Assembly (NCBI GenBank): GCA_964016885.1
Contig: OZ024741.1
Location: 130,138,001 to 130,202,000, forward strand
Length of the DNA: 64,000 nt
Direction: 5' to 3'
From: Eledone cirrhosa
Taxonomy: Eukaryota
The notes below the pieces were generated by a model that saw only the letters and a program-made list of their open reading frames with translations, did not search any database and was not told the DNA's origin. Numbering within the stretch: position 1 is the first letter of the stretch; the number at the start of each line of letters is the position of its first letter. Below, in pieces: positions 34,251 through 48,646 of this stretch. The translations under genes were made by a program, and so were the position numbers.

Positions 34251-37200
34251 CAGTTGCATTTATCTTGCTTTATGTTCATACGAGTTATCACCAAGTCACA
34301 ACCAGTGACCTCAAGAGACAACAAGGTCCGCCATGTTCAAGAAAGAACATACATACTCACACATGCATCTTTAGTGTTTAGACTTGTGATGTACTTATAT
34401 TGACAGAATCTTCCTTAGTATATGGGCAGTTCCCATTAGTACTATCTTTTGTATTTCTCCTATACGCGGGTTTCCTGGGATTTGCGATAGGTAATCATTA
34501 GACCCCTTAGGTATCATTCCCAGAGCGCCTACAACCACTGGTATTGATTTAGTTCTCAATTTCCACATTTTTCCAATTTCTATCTCCAGGTCCTTATACT
34601 TGCTCAATTTTCCAATGTTTTTATAGATACATTCTTGTCTATTGGAACAGACATATCAATTAGCAGGCATACCCTCCTTTGGTAATTTTTTGTTGGCAGA
34701 CACTGATCTTGTGCTGATATAATCAGTCCTTCAGTCTCCGATTTCAGTCCAGAGGATGCTAACCACTGATGGGTTAAAGTTTTGTCAACATCAGGATTGT
34801 TAGCTCGCTCTGGGTATTTTCCATACAGAGGCTTTTCTTGCCATTTCTTAGCCAGTTTCTGTAGCAGTTCTTTCTTTGCAGTTACTTTTACCTGCTTTGC
34901 TTTTTCTGTATTTTCCATTTCAGCAGTAAATGGGACTTCTGAAATTTGTAGTCCATTACTGTATCTTTGTGCATCTTTTGTAATGGAATATGATCTTTTG
35001 ATGCTTTCGTGTTTCAAAACGAGTTTGATCATCCAATCATGTGATTCCCTTAGATATGTAGATAATCCAATTGTTGCAGTTTTCAACGCAATGTCTAACT
35101 GGATTAACCCACGTCCTCCTTCTTTCCTAGGGAGATATATTCTATCTATATGTGCCTTAGGGTGATGCATTCTGTGCATGGTTAAGAGTTTTCGAATTTT
35201 TGTATCGAGCCTACGGATCTCTGTGCTTGACCAGTTGATGACATTGTAACTGTAGGTTACTACTGGTATGGCAAACGTGTTTATGGCATCGATCCTATTC
35301 CTTGCATTCAATTCCGTTCTTAAGATTGCACTTACTCTGCGGTAACATTCCTTCCTTATCCTTTCCCTCATTGTCGAGTGCTTGATTCCGTCTCCTTCAC
35401 AAACACCTAGATATTTGTAAGTTTTTTCTTGATCAAGTACTCTTATCACGTTCCCCCGATCAAGATTAATGTCTGAACTCTTCAGCAGCTTTCCTCTGGT
35501 GAACGTTGCTTTGGCGCATTTGTCTAGTCCAAACTCCATTTTAATGTCATCACTGAACTGCTCCACAGTGGATAATAGCCCTTGCAATTGTTCATCATTT
35601 TTTGCAAATAGTTTCAGGTCATCCATGTAGAACAAGTGATTAATGGTTTTGTCATAGACTTTTTTATCCATGTTTTGTTTCATTGAGCATTTTACTTAAT
35701 GGTATAAGTGCGATGCAGAATAAAAGCGGTGATAAAGAGTCACCCTGAAAAATTCCACAATTAATATTAACTTCTCCAGCTTCCAGTGATTTTGTTTCAC
35801 TATTCAAAAGGAGTGTCGTTTTCCATGTCTTCATACTGAATGACAAAAACCTCCCTACAACGGGGGATATTTTGAAAATCTCTAAACATTTTTCAATCCA
35901 ACTGTGTGGCAAACTATCGAATGCTTTTTTATAATCTATCCAAGCAATCGATAGATTTTTGTGTCTATTATGACAATCTTCCAGTATCATTTTGTTAACC
36001 AGAAGCTGATCCTTACAGCCATATGAGCCTCGTTTACACCCTTTCTGCTCAATGGGAAATAGGTCATTTGTTATCAGGTGGTCATATGTGTATTCAGTTA
36101 GGACTGATGTTAAAATTTTATACATTGTGGTCAAGCAAGTTATCGGTCTGTAATTTTTGGGATTGTTTGTCTCATCATTCTTCGGAAGCAGGAATGTAAT
36201 GCCGTTAACTAGCCATGATGGTATCGTTTCTGGCTCCTTAACTATTTCATTGTAAAGTTGGGCTAACAGCTCATGAGACTCTGTGAAGGCATTTATCCAA
36301 AAGTTTTGTATTTTGTCTTTTCCTGGGGATTTCCATTTGCTGGTTTTTCTTAGAGCCAAGCGCAACTGTTCAACTGTTATATTTTCCCATATTTGTTCCT
36401 CAAGGTGAGCTGTATCTTTCATTTGTCTGTCTATCCATGGGGCATGTATGTTATGAACTTTTTCTTCGGCCCAGATCTTTTCCCAGAATTCTTGCACTTC
36501 CTCCTTGGGTGGTATTGATTTAGCAGTTATTGTTGACTTACCAATTTTTATGTAGAAGTTTCTTTGGTTGTTTTTGAACATATTATTGTCCTTATAGAAT
36601 CTAGATCGTTTTTCAAAGCGCCTTATACGAGCAGCTTTGGCCGACACTTTTTGTTTGATCATTTCTATCAGCATGTCTGTGTCACTTGTTGATTTTATAC
36701 TGTACTTTTTTTTCAATTTTCTAAGTTTAGTTTGTTTAACATGTTCACCTACTTTATAGTTTGTTAAAATTTCTATGTCAGATCGGAGAAGGTTTATTTG
36801 GCGATTGATGTTCTCTTGCCAAGTAGATTTCTTGTGGGAATTCCTTTGTTTTTTCATCTTCACTCCACATAAGTGAGTGGTGACTTTAGCCCATGCATAA
36901 TAGAGATGATTTAAATCAGTAATGTTTAGTTTGTTTGTGATGATAATGTTTTTGAGAATTATGTTAGTCTTGTGTATTATCTTTTGGTTCTGTTTGGAGT
37001 TCTGGATCTTAGGGAGGGTGTCTCGTTGCCCCATGTCAGATTCTTTCATTTTCATCCATTCGATCATAATTTCATCCTTCAAGTTGGCAAGTTCATTCTC
37101 ATTCATTTCTTTATCATTTACGATCTCATTATTTTCATTTGGAGTTTCATCTTGAGCATGCACTCCCTCCACTTTTTCGATCCTTTCTTTAATTGTTCTG

Positions 37201-37970
37201 TTGCCAGTTATTCCGCCCCAACCCTGGGATTCGAAGTGTTACAATTTACCTCGTTTTCACTGACACATGTTTCATTTCCCCTTCGCTGACTTTGTGCTAA
37301 TAGCTTGATCTGATCAATTTCTATATCAGTTAGTAACTTTTTTCTTACAATATTTCTTCGTATATTGGCTAGTTTGTTGCTGTCAATATAGCCTCTGTTT
37401 TCGGGATGTTTCTTTTTCCAGTTGATATATGTCTGTTCTGTATTCGATGTATTTGATGGGTAGTACATGGCAGTGTAGAAAGCCTCAAGGACTTCTTTAT
37501 TATCTTCCCTTGACCATGTTTCTCTCTTTTTCTTTGGATTTCTTGGTGGTGAGCATGGAGGGCCAACAGTAGGAGTATTCCGGTTATGGGAGGTCTCCAG
37601 CTCCGAAGTGATGGGAAGGTTTGAACCATTAGCTGATTTTTCGACCCCAGCCTGGTTCCTCTCTGAGGGACGCGGCCCTTTTTTACCCGGGTGACGGCCG
37701 ATCCGGTATGAGATTTTATCATTAGACATTTACTTTATTTTGTCGCGTTTTATCCTTATCCGCCAAGGGGTAATCATTTCGTGTTACCACTTCTAGAACG
37801 AGTGTCAACCAAGACTAGAGAGGTCGTTCTCCCCTAGAGACACGGCTATTCCCCGCCTGCCGCCATCCCGGTATTTCTTGGTCACGGGGTTTTCTTTTTG
37901 TTGTTTTTTTTTAAATTGTTATTATCATGAGTGGTTCCTTAATGTGAGCATTGCGTGGCTTAAGAATGAA
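34251..37970 (-). mobile_element. R4/Dong-type LINE family B (divergent from A), disrupted
   Basis: ORF pieces 37729-37208, 37172-35664, 35683-34604, 34607-34395 with KSPGKD, YRPITCL, IDYKKAFD, GIFQGDSLSP, FYMDDLK, KYKDL. Zinc knuckle and PD motif deleted near 34675. TAA-like flanks. Confidence 0.88.
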
Positions 37971-37982
37971 ATTATTAATAAT

Positions 37983-38030
37983 TGTCTCCACTCCAGGCAC
38001 AAGGCCAGCAATCACCCAGTGCATTACAAT
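37983..38030 (-). mobile_element. SINE 3' fragment
   Basis: AGGCACAAGGCCAGCAAT.ACCCAGT.CATTAC matches 6956-6988. Confidence 0.6.
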
Positions 38031-38179
38031 AATATAATATACTTTTTGCTGAAGTTGCCTGTTATTGTTGTTGGCTATGTCGGTGGTGGTGCTGGGGATT
38101 TTTATATTGTTGGTGAGGAAGGGGTGAGCTAGCAGTGCCATAGTTGTTGATGTTGACGTTTGGCCGGTGGCCAGGTCAC

Positions 38180-38834
38180 TAAGTCAATCTATTTATATCT
38201 TTTGCTAGCTTCTCCCTTGTCTAGTGATACCGCCACCTTCCCCTTTCTCTCTCAAGTTAACAGGGGAATAGTGGTGGTAGCAATGAAGGAGTGGTGGCGG
38301 CGGTGATGGGATAGTGGTAGCAATGATGGATGGGGTGGGGTGGTGGCGGCGGTGGCTTTGACGTTACTGAGTTTTGTGATATGTAGTATATATGAGTGTG
38401 TGTCGCGTATGTTTAATATATATTGTGTTGACATATTCCCGTAAAATTGGGATTAAACATTTTAAAAAAAACTTAAGACAATAATAATAGTAATTATTAT
38501 TATGATGCTGGGATTGGTGGTGGTGGTGGTGAAATTGCCGTTATCTGGCTGTTATATTTAGTGTGATGGGGTAGGTGATGTATCAAGTTTCTGGTGTTGG
38601 TGAAATTGCTGTTATTTGGCTGTTCTATATAGTGTAGACAGAGGGTGTTTTCTTCCATTTATAACCATTTTCTTTTTTGAATGCAAAATATATAATACAA
38701 AATTGAATATTTGAGCGATATAACAATATAATATGGATCCGAAATTTTATGGGACTTGACTCGGTGGTTTATGCAACATTTGTACTAAGAATTGTTATTT
38801 CACAATTGATTTAAATATGTTAAAAATCAAAAAC

Positions 38835-38837
<3 letters not shown>
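38180..38837 (-). mobile_element. Orphan diverged Dong-A-type 5' leader
   Basis: Homologous to ~29800-30448 and ~25830-26200; no attached family A ORF. Confidence 0.7.
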
Positions 38838-38905
<68 letters not shown>

Positions 38906-38912
38906 GTTGTCA

Positions 38913-39407
38913 TTCCTTGAATCTCAGTCATTGATGTTGGTTAACTGGAAAGTCCGTTGGATTGAATATCAAGCCACTACCTGCAGCCTCAGATATTCAG
39001 GACGTATCGGAGGGTTCTTGCTGTTCCAAGCAAGCATGCCTTTTGAAGCGTTCCAAAAAGCGTGAAGGGGCCGATTTTCTTTAACCATCCCTGGAAACTT
39101 TTGGAGATAGTCCCCAGTGCGCCTATGACAATCGGGATCACTTTGACTTCATGGCAGTTCCGAATCCTTTTCACCTCCCACTTTAGGTCCTGGTATCGGT
39201 TAATTTTCTCCCTCTCCTTCTCTTGCACTCTCGTGTCGAACGGGCAGGCCACATCCACAATCAGACACGATCTATTTTCTTTGTCCACAACCACCAGGTC
39301 AGGTCTATTGTGTTCCAGTTTTTTGTCCGTCTGTATCCTAAAATCCCACAGCACTTTCACCTGATTGTTCTCCATCACCGCCTCTGGCCTATGCTCATAC
39401 CATTTCT
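38913..39407 (-). mobile_element. R4/Dong family A short 3' fragment
   Basis: RLE ORF 38989-39378; 5' junction merges into (TTC)n through TTCT microhomology. Confidence 0.9.
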
Positions 39408-39444
39408 TCTTCTTCTTCTTCTTCTTCTTCTTCTTCTTCTTCTT

Positions 39445-39513
<69 letters not shown>

Positions 39514-39531
39514 GTTATTATTATTACTATT

Positions 39532-42500
39532 GGCGACCTACGTAGTAAATCGTATCATCGTGAGCTCCGCAAAGGTTTGTTATTTTCAGTTGTTTAAAAT
39601 TGCCATTTATAGAAAATGTTTATTGTTAACTGTATATAAGTGCACATACATTGATTTCTGAAAAGGACGCTCAAAAAGATTGGGGCCTTGAGCCCAAAAT
39701 TTAAACTTTTATAATTATCAAACAAACAAAAAAAAAATTCTTTGAAAAATCATGGCCAACTCACAGCTGAACCCAGTAGCTGAGAGCCTTCCTCACAAAC
39801 TAACACCTAACACCGACACCACCATTGTAAATATTACTACGTTTGCCAACACTAAAAATATAAGCAGTAGCAATATTTTAAATTTGTCTCAGGCAGACAT
39901 TTATTTCCCGCCATTACCAATGACTGCAGGTGTTGAAGCCGCCACCCCCACCACCACCACAGCAACAACAGAAACAAAAGAAAAAAAATTATCTCGTGAT
40001 ATCGAAACGAATTCAGCCAAAATGAACTCTTCCACACCGAACACCACTGACGCCACCACCACCACAACTGAAACTAAAATTAACAATAACAAAAATAACG
40101 ATAACAACAACACCAACAATGAGAATAAGAAAACCTTGTCTTTTGCCAGAGTAGCGAAAAAGTGCGAAGCATTCCAGGTAACTCAGGAGGAATTAGAAGA
40201 AGCCAAAAAAATGGTAAAGAAAGATGGGTACAGGGTCAGCCTCACCACCCCCACCTAATAAAATGGAGCATCGGCGCCTATGCACCGTGTCTTATCGGAC
40301 GATTAACATAAAATCGCGCCGAGTGGAACGGGCATCCGAGTCCCAAATCCAAAAAGCTTTGGGACATGTGTGAGCAAAAAGAAACCCACATCAGATGTGG
40401 GCAGAAATATGGAACCGTGTACGTGTTCTTTGAAACACCACAGGAGGCCAGAGAACATTCCATGGCCCCATTAAGAAGTGACTTCACACTCGTCCCAAGC
40501 TATTGTGGCCAGAGACTCGTAAAGATCAGGGTCACCCACGTTCCACCGGCCATCGAAATTCCCGTCCTCGCCGGCATCGAAGCCAACACCAAGATAATCG
40601 AAATAGCGAAAGAAAAGCAGGAGAACTGGTCCGGATCTGGGATGGAGCTCCTGATCCAAGCGGATCAAAATAGCATTGAGGAGATCCCAGAGGTAATAGA
40701 CCTCACTGACGGCAGCCACCTCACCGTAATCGTCGAGGGCAGAAGGTCTAGGTGTGTCGTTTGTGGTGAAGGAACCCACCTAAGGGATTTCTGCCCTCAG
40801 GCTAAAAGGTTGAGGCCACTTCTCTTACCCACCCCAGTGACTCAACCATCAACACCACCACCAGCAGAAATGGCAGCAACAACTGTAGCAGCAACAACAG
40901 AAGCAACTGTAACAGCAACAACCCCAGCTACAGTAGCAAAACCAACACCACCACCACCCAACGCACCAGAACTAGCACCAGCGCCTACACCATCCACCAC
41001 GCCACAACCAAAACCAACGCCTGTGGAGGATTATCCACTCCCCGACCTCTCGCAACTGGAGACAGATTGTGACGACGAGGAGTGGGAAACGGTATCAGAA
41101 AAAAAGAAAAAAGAAAAAGAAACCAGAAAAGAAAAAATCCCCTTCCTTCCCCCTCCAAAAACGAAATACAGAGGGAAACAAATAAACTATCAAACAAAAA
41201 AGTTAGGACAGCTATGCCACCATCCACACCAGCATCACCAAACCCATCACCACAAACACCAACACCATCACCATCATTAACCCCAACACCACCATCACCA
41301 ACACCACAAAAGTCACAAAAAAGCGAAACAGAAACAAACCCACAACAAACGCAAACAAAACAAAACAACCAAAACTATACACACTACACAGCAATAAATT
41401 TGAACAACAACCAATTATTACACTACATCCAACAAAACACCAGCATCACAGAAAAAGACTACACAACAACCCAAAAGTTCACACCACCTCCACACATTCA
41501 AATCACTCGTATTACACAGAAAACGTACACGACACTAAAACAAAAATTCCCCAAAGACATCGGAGACTTCCGACAAGCACTCTCCAGGAGGATTTATAAG
41601 GACATCCTTCCGGGGGAGGCCAGAATCAGTGAAAAGGATGGACAAACCATCCTTCCTCTACGAGAAGTAAGGTAAGTGGTCTTTCCTATCTTTTCCACTC
41701 CATTTCAACATGACTTCACTCAGAATAGGCAGCATAAATGCGCGTGGCTTGGGGTCGTCATGGAAGCAGGGCCACCTGCTCAACGACCTCAGGTCACTGA
41801 ACATAGATGTAGTGGCCATCAGCGGGTCCAGAATCTCCGAGGCACGGGCCTTCGCACCGATCTTCGGCGGCTATGATGTGTACACATCTCCCAGGCGTTC
41901 CGGATCGAGGGGAAGATTTGCTGTGCTTTTTCGGAGAGGTTTGGATCTAGCGATACGGGCCATCTTCCTGGACCCAGAGGCTAAGTTGGTGGTGCTGGAC
42001 GTGACCAGCGGAGACGAGCAAGCTTTCAGGATAGTGGCCGTCTATGCCCCGACAGGAGCAGGGTGGCCTGATTTCTTCCGGCGTCTGGAGACCTTTCTTG
42101 GAACGTCCCGCTCTTTAGTGTTAGTGGGCGACTGGAACGGGATCTTAGATGCACGCTGGGACTGTGTGGGATTAGCGGATAGGGGAGGAGGGTGCAAGAG
42201 CCTCACCAACCTGCTCAGGCATTTTGAACTGTCTGACAGGTACCGATTGGATTTCCCGAATGTGCCAATGTGTACTTGGACAAATCGCATAGGGTCATCC
42301 AGATCATATCTAGATAGAGTATTTTGTAGGGAAATAGATAGATCTAGCATAGGCTGTCCACAATTCAAGATAGTCAGCTACACGGACCACAAATTCGTGA
42401 TCTGTGTGCTTGACTTAGATAGGCTTCATAGACGAGGACCCGGCTACTGGAAGCTAAACGCGTCCTTACCAGCGCGCAAGGCCTACAGAGACCGGATTAG

Positions 42501-45355
42501 CGAACTAGTTAAGCAGGCGTTGACGGGGGCCATCGTCAACAACAAGTGGTGGCTTGCTCTGAAAGGAGCGATTAGAATAGAGTCCATTTCGTTTAGAGAA
42601 AATTAGAGTAGAGGGAGAACTAGTTAGAAAATTAGACGAGGCGCTTAGCAAAGGCATCGCGACCGACGTACTTGCGGCGAAATTGACCCTTGACCAATTC
42701 TTCAATGCAAAGCACGAAGGCTGCGTTGTCAGAGCTAGGGTGCGTGCTCTCAGATACGAGGGGACGAAAGCCGTTCAATGGGCCCGAGTGGCGGAGGCGC
42801 GTCGTGGCAACAAAGCCACGATCCGGTCTTTGGTGGACCACGACGGGCGCATGCTACTCGATCCCGGGCAAATGTGTGAAGCTTTTCAGCGACACTTCGC
42901 TGAGCTGTTCGGGGGCAGCGGCTGGTCGGATCGAGGGATGGACTTTAGTGTCTACCTCGACGGACTGCCGTGGCTCTCGGCCACTGAGGCGGAGTGTTGC
43001 CAAAAGCCGATAACAGCCGCTGAAGTACGGGAGGCAATGACTGGCTGCACAAGGGGTAAATCGCCGGGTTTGGATGGTCTGCCCTATGAACTTTACGTAT
43101 AGATGCCAGACTTGTTCGGAGGCCTCTTGGCGGACGTCTACTACAACTGGCAACAGAACGGGAGAATTCCCAGCTCTGTGAGCCGAGGAGCGGTGGCGCT
43201 GCTGAGAAAGTATCCGAACAAGGAGGATAACAGATAATTTTAGGCCCATAACTCTGCTAAACACAGAGTTCAAGATTTTGGCCAAGGTGCTAGCAAAGAG
43301 GTTCGCGCTTTTCGTTGGTGGTCTGGTGGGAGAGGCGCAGACATGCGCCATTCCCGACAGATCCATCCACGACAACCTCCACCTCATGCGATACATCATA
43401 GAGAGGGTAGCTAAGGAACCTGGCACGGGTGGGTCCTTGATCAGTTTAGATCAGTCGAAAGCTTTCGATAGGGTCGACCATCGTTACCTAGCGGCAGTCC
43501 TGAGGGCGGCTGGCTTTGGGCCCGGCTTCAGAGGCTGGATCGCTGCCATGCACAGCGACATCTGCTCTGTGGTGAGAGTGAACGGTCACCTTTCGGAACC
43601 GTTCAACATCATGCGCTCGGTCCGCCAAGGATGTCCCCTCTCGTCCCTCTTGTACGTATTGACTCTCGAGCCATTACTGCACAAACTGGAGACGTTGAGG
43701 GGCGTTCCGCGCGACCTAGGATGCGGAAGTACGTGTCTCATATGCGGACGATGTCACCGTAGTGGTGTCGAACGCCAAGCACATCGAGGCGATCAGCACT
43801 ACACTAAGAGAATACGAAGCGGTGACAGGAGCAATGATCAACCAGGAAAAGTCAGTGGGCTTGCAGCTCGGCACCTGGAGAGGTAGGTCCATGCCGTCCA
43901 ACAGCGTAGTCGGGCGCTGGACGGACGGAGCGGTTAAATTGCTAGGGATCTGGTTCGGTTCGGACCTACAGACGGACAAAAACTGGGACGAGGTGACGAG
44001 CAGGGTGGCTTCTCTCACCCAGAAATGGGCGGAGTGGAAGCTATCCCTGAAAGGTAGAGCGGAGGTAGCTAACGCGTACATCGCGTACGTCATCTACTAC
44101 CGCCTGACCGTCGTACTTTGTCCTAAGCCCCGCCTGACTGCGCTGGAGCGTTTGCTCTTTCTCTTTTTGTGGAAGGGACGCGCTCCGATGGTCAGGCGGT
44201 CTATCTGCTGTCAACACCCGCTACGTGGAGCCTGGGCATGCCGTGGCTGATGATGCGCAGACACGCGCTCAGGCTACGACATCTCCCCCTCTTCCTCGAC
44301 GGTGCTCAGGTGTGGTCGCCGTTTGCTAGACGCGTCTTTCCCCAGATCGTCTCCTTGACGGAGTTGTAGTCCTGGGTCAAGCGAAGACCGATAGGGAGCG
44401 CTTGGAGACTGGAATGTCTTCAGGCGCTCACAGCCCTCGACCAATCGGTAAATGTGATCGGTGGAAACTCCACCTCGGCGTTCTATAGAGAATTAGTGGA
44501 GAGAAAGAGCGACGACGTACCTGGGGAAACTCTAGGCGTCTACGAAAATCAACTAGCCAATCTCTTCGGAAGAACTTTCGGGCCGGGGCCTATGGACAAC
44601 TTCCAGAAATCCCTGGCCTGGCAATGCTACCGAGGAGCTTTGCCAGTTCGGGATAAACTCTACAGGCATGGAGGTGCCGTCAGCCGGGCATGTCCGAGAT
44701 GCGCGCAGGGCGACGAAACCGTCATGCACGTACTCGTCCAATGTCCGAGCATTGCTGACTTGTGGGTTTATGTCGAACACCTGCTGTCGCGTGTAGGACG
44801 GATCCGGCTATCAGCTGAGTCCATCGTGAGGATCGCCCAGCCCTCTTCCTTTAGCCGGGAAAGGCAGTCAGTTTTTATCTGTCTGGTGGCCATGGCGAAA
44901 GAGATAGTATGGTGGGCACGTTTGAAAGGGTTGAAGACGAACACTTACCTCTTCGGTGATGCCCTGATTAACTTTTTCAAATTTCATTTGAAAAGGAAAA
45001 TCCGGGTAGAGAGGGATGTGCTCTCTTCCCAGTATTTTGTTGAAAGATGGGTGAGAGAAGCAAGAATGGCCCGAGTGAATGGGCCTACTCTGAGTATGTG
45101 TCTGTAAATTAAAGGTGGAAAACTGGGAGAGGGCACTTGCCCTGGTGGTCAGGGTCACTGTGGCCTTTTAATGGGCTTTCTCCACCAATGTCCCTCGGAA
45201 GTCTCCCCCCTATTGGGGAATTTTTCATTGTTATTTTTTTGTTACATCCTGTTTTTGTTTTTTTACACGCAGAAATGCCCATTTGTACCGTCCTGTATTG
45301 TCCTGTACTGTCCTTAATGTCTACTTTATGTAAACCCTTGTGGTTAATAAAGAAC
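39532..45355 (+). mobile_element. Tx1/L1-clade LINE copy 3, full length, multiply disrupted
   Basis: Colinear with copy 1 from the 5' GGC.ACCTACGTAG to AATAAA; many stops and frameshifts; (ATT)n upstream, (CTT)n downstream. Confidence 0.92.
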
Positions 45356-45944
45356 GTATTCTTCTTCTTCTTCTTCTTCGTCCACTTATCCCTGAAATGG
45401 TTGTGGGAGTAGAGTCATCAAACACTCGCGTCAGAAGCACCGTCTCCCATTGATCCGACTGGATCACCCATGCGGGACCAGCCGAGGTCAGGCTCGGGGT
45501 CTACCTCAGTGTGTCCTGCCAGGTTTTTTACCCTTAAAATGTTTCTAAGATATTCTAACCACATGCTCGTAATATTGAAGCTTTGATCTTTCAATTCGGA
45601 GAAGTAGCGGCCCTAACTGGGGCGACTCTCTTATCTCCAAGCTACACACTCTCTCCAGTTACGTTACTCGAAGGTTCCTTCAGAGGAACCCCATTTCGGC
45701 CGCTTGTATTCGCGATCGTGGACACTGAGAGCTGGTTGCGTAAATGCACGTGGCTTGAGTCGGCTTGGAATGAAAGTTATTTCTTTAATGATTTAAAAAA
45801 AGTGTGTGTGTGTGTGTGGGGGGGGGGGGGTAATCATCAGGTCGGACCAAAGAAACAATATCTCCATTTATCTTTCCATTGCTAATATTAACTGACGGTC
45901 ACAATTCCTGATAGAAGGGGTAAAGTGGAATAAAGTATACCTCA

Positions 45945-48240
45945 CATGATCAAAACACGACGCCCGGCCAATGATCGCCACGAACTAATGGTCGTGATCG
46001 TGAGTCCACCCAACACACTAATCACAAGGTTTAGTAATTGTGGTAGCCATCGGCGAGACCAGAATTTCTAAAATAAATGCACGTGTGCTCCTTCTCGACA
46101 ATTAGGAGGAGCAGGTGTCTTTCGGTCGACGTGGATCGAGTGGAGTAGCCCGTTGTTTCCGAAAGGTATGGAATCGCATGTCAAGTCTGTTGTGCTGGAC
46201 GCGAACAGTAATGAAGGTGGTATTTTAGATTAATGGTCATGTGTATATACACCGACTGGAACAGTGGAGCCAAACTTCTCCAGGCATCTAGAAACATTCT
46301 TTGGAACGTTCACTCATATTAGTAGTACTAGCAGAAAACCACCCTTCGTGTAGTTTTCTGCTAGCATGTGTAGTGTGTATATTGATATTATACGCAGGTA
46401 TATATACATGTAGATATGATACATCAAATAAAATCATAATTGACAATATATAATACACAGAAATTGAACGAAGACTGCGTTAAACTGTCTTATTTAATCA
46501 GTAACGTAATCCATGATACATTAAAAAAGACGATATTATATATAAACTGCATTAGGAGAAAATTAGTGACAGAAAATTAGTATGTTTATTTAAGCGATGG
46601 CCAACCGTAAGTGTTGACATTTCAGAAATTTTAAATCTTTAAATAAACAAAATATATTTAATCAACAGCCACGAAATTTAGTAGATAAATTATGTAATAT
46701 TCATTCATTATTTATTCAAAGTAATCCAACTTATTTTACTAATGGGATAAAAAATTATAAACCGTACGCAGTCCCGAGCTCCTTACTTTATTATACTTTA
46801 GATTGAGCTAGTGAAATGGCAACTTGGATATACACTGGGGCGTGTGGGAGTAACCAGGAGAAGGGTTAAAGCGTAAATGCTTTGTAAACATGCTTAAGCA
46901 GTCCTAACTGATAGACAGATACTGAATGGATTTGCCGAATGTGTCAATGTGGACTTTACTGCAGACTACATCAGCACGGTGACGAATGTGAACATTCGTT
47001 CGTGGGTCTCACTAGAAAAGATAACATCGACAGAGTATAGAACAGAAGTAGTCATTCAGATGTTGACTCTGATCTGTCTACAGTATCACTGAATGCTGCT
47101 GTTTAAATTTCGGAATATTTGTCTTGTTCTTCAACCAGAAATTTGGACACTGTCAATCCTAATGTATTTCCTGTTGCTTTCAGTTCTCAAGGAGTTACTG
47201 AGTTTCTTGGGTCATACGATATGGGCACGTTTGAACTTTTTATCTCTCATTCCTTCTAATCTATTTTTCTTTTTCATTGAGCTGAATGAGTTGTTCCATA
47301 TCGAATCGGTTTCACTATTCTTGATCTTCGATTGATAACACCCGATCGCTAGAAACTTGATGCGTCGTCCCGGTGATAAATTCTACAGAGACCAGATTAG
47401 CACATTAGTTAAACAACAGTAACTTGGTGCAGGTGGTAGAGCGCTCTCAAGAGGACGATTAGAATAGCTTAGGTAAGGAAGTAGCAAAAGAAAAAATAGA
47501 GCTGTGGGGGAATTATTAGCTAAACTAGAAGAGGCGATTAGGAGCGATATGGCAACCGACGTTGCAGCCTCGAGAATGATATGAGATCATTGCTTCAATG
47601 TAAAACACGAATGCTGCATTGTCAGAATAAAGGCACATGATCTGAGACAGGAGGAAACGAAAGCTGGTCGATGATCCCGAATGGTTGAGGTGTAATGTGG
47701 CAATAAAACCACAATTTGGTCTTTGAAAGTCCATGATGGGGGCGAGCTACTCGATTTCAAGCAAATGTATGCGGCTTTCCAGTGGCACTCAACACAACTG
47801 TTTGCGTCAAACGAGGAGAAGGAAATGGTGGCAGGTTATACATTCTACCTCGATGGTTTACAGTGACCCGTGATAGAAGATGCAGAGTGCTGTGAAAGGC
47901 CGATAATAGCAGTTGTATTATGTGCAGCCCTAAACGGCTGTACGAGGCGTAGATCATTGGGTTTGAATGGTCTATCCTACTACTTTTACGTAGATATGCT
48001 CGATTTTTTTCGCCGCCGTCCTTGCAGATATTTATTGAAACTGGCAGGAGAACGAAAGAATTCCTAGTTTTGTAAGTTGGAGAGAAAAATGCAAAGTGGG
48101 GCATAATTGAGGATTTCAGGCCCATATAATTGCTCAACACAGAGCTTAGCGTTAGAGATTTGTTGTCAAGATTCTGGTCGGTGAAGCACAGACATGTGCA
48201 ACCCGATTATATCTATACATGACAATCTCCACCTCCTCCA
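45945..48240 (+). pseudogene. Old, heavily decayed Tx1-related ORF2 remnant (APE to start of RT)
   Basis: Patches align with copy 1: GTAGCCATCGGCGAGACCAGAAT, CTACAGAGACCAGATTAGC, TTTCAGGCCCATA, CATGACAATCTCCACCTC; interrupted by insertions. Confidence 0.75.
46327..46804 (+). mobile_element. AT-rich insertion, possibly non-autonomous Helitron/Helentron-like
   Basis: Interrupts the old APE remnant; starts ACTAGCAGAAAAC with nearby inverted GTTTTCTGCTAG; ends ...TTATACTTTAGATT. Confidence 0.35.
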
Positions 48241-48526
48241 TTCTGTCCGCCAGGGCAGTGGGAAGGCCAGCACATGGGACCCCATTTGCTCAGCGTACGG
48301 AGAGATGGGAGGGCAAGAGAGATGGAGGCGATGAGAGTTGGAGTTCAGCTCTTCCACGCTCGGACCATATACTTGTGATTGTGCTCACCAAGCCCTAGTG
48401 CAGTAATGGGATTGGGTTAAACCATGCAGCTATGTCACTGTTAATCTGTGATATATTCAATTAAAATTCTCTCCTAATTAAAGCATATACTTTGTTTGAT
48501 TATTTAGAAAGGAAATACCGCGAACA

Positions 48527-48637
<111 letters not shown>

Positions 48638-48646
48638 CGCTTCTTC

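Noticed and set aside
37900-38837. Dong family B sharing the family A leader
   Set aside because: Family B appears to end near 37970 at a TAA-like junction beside a SINE fragment; the leader-like block is better read as a separate orphan
45380-45530. Possible RTE-type LINE 3' end with (GAA)n tail on the minus strand
   Set aside because: Only a vague resemblance; no translatable motif to support it
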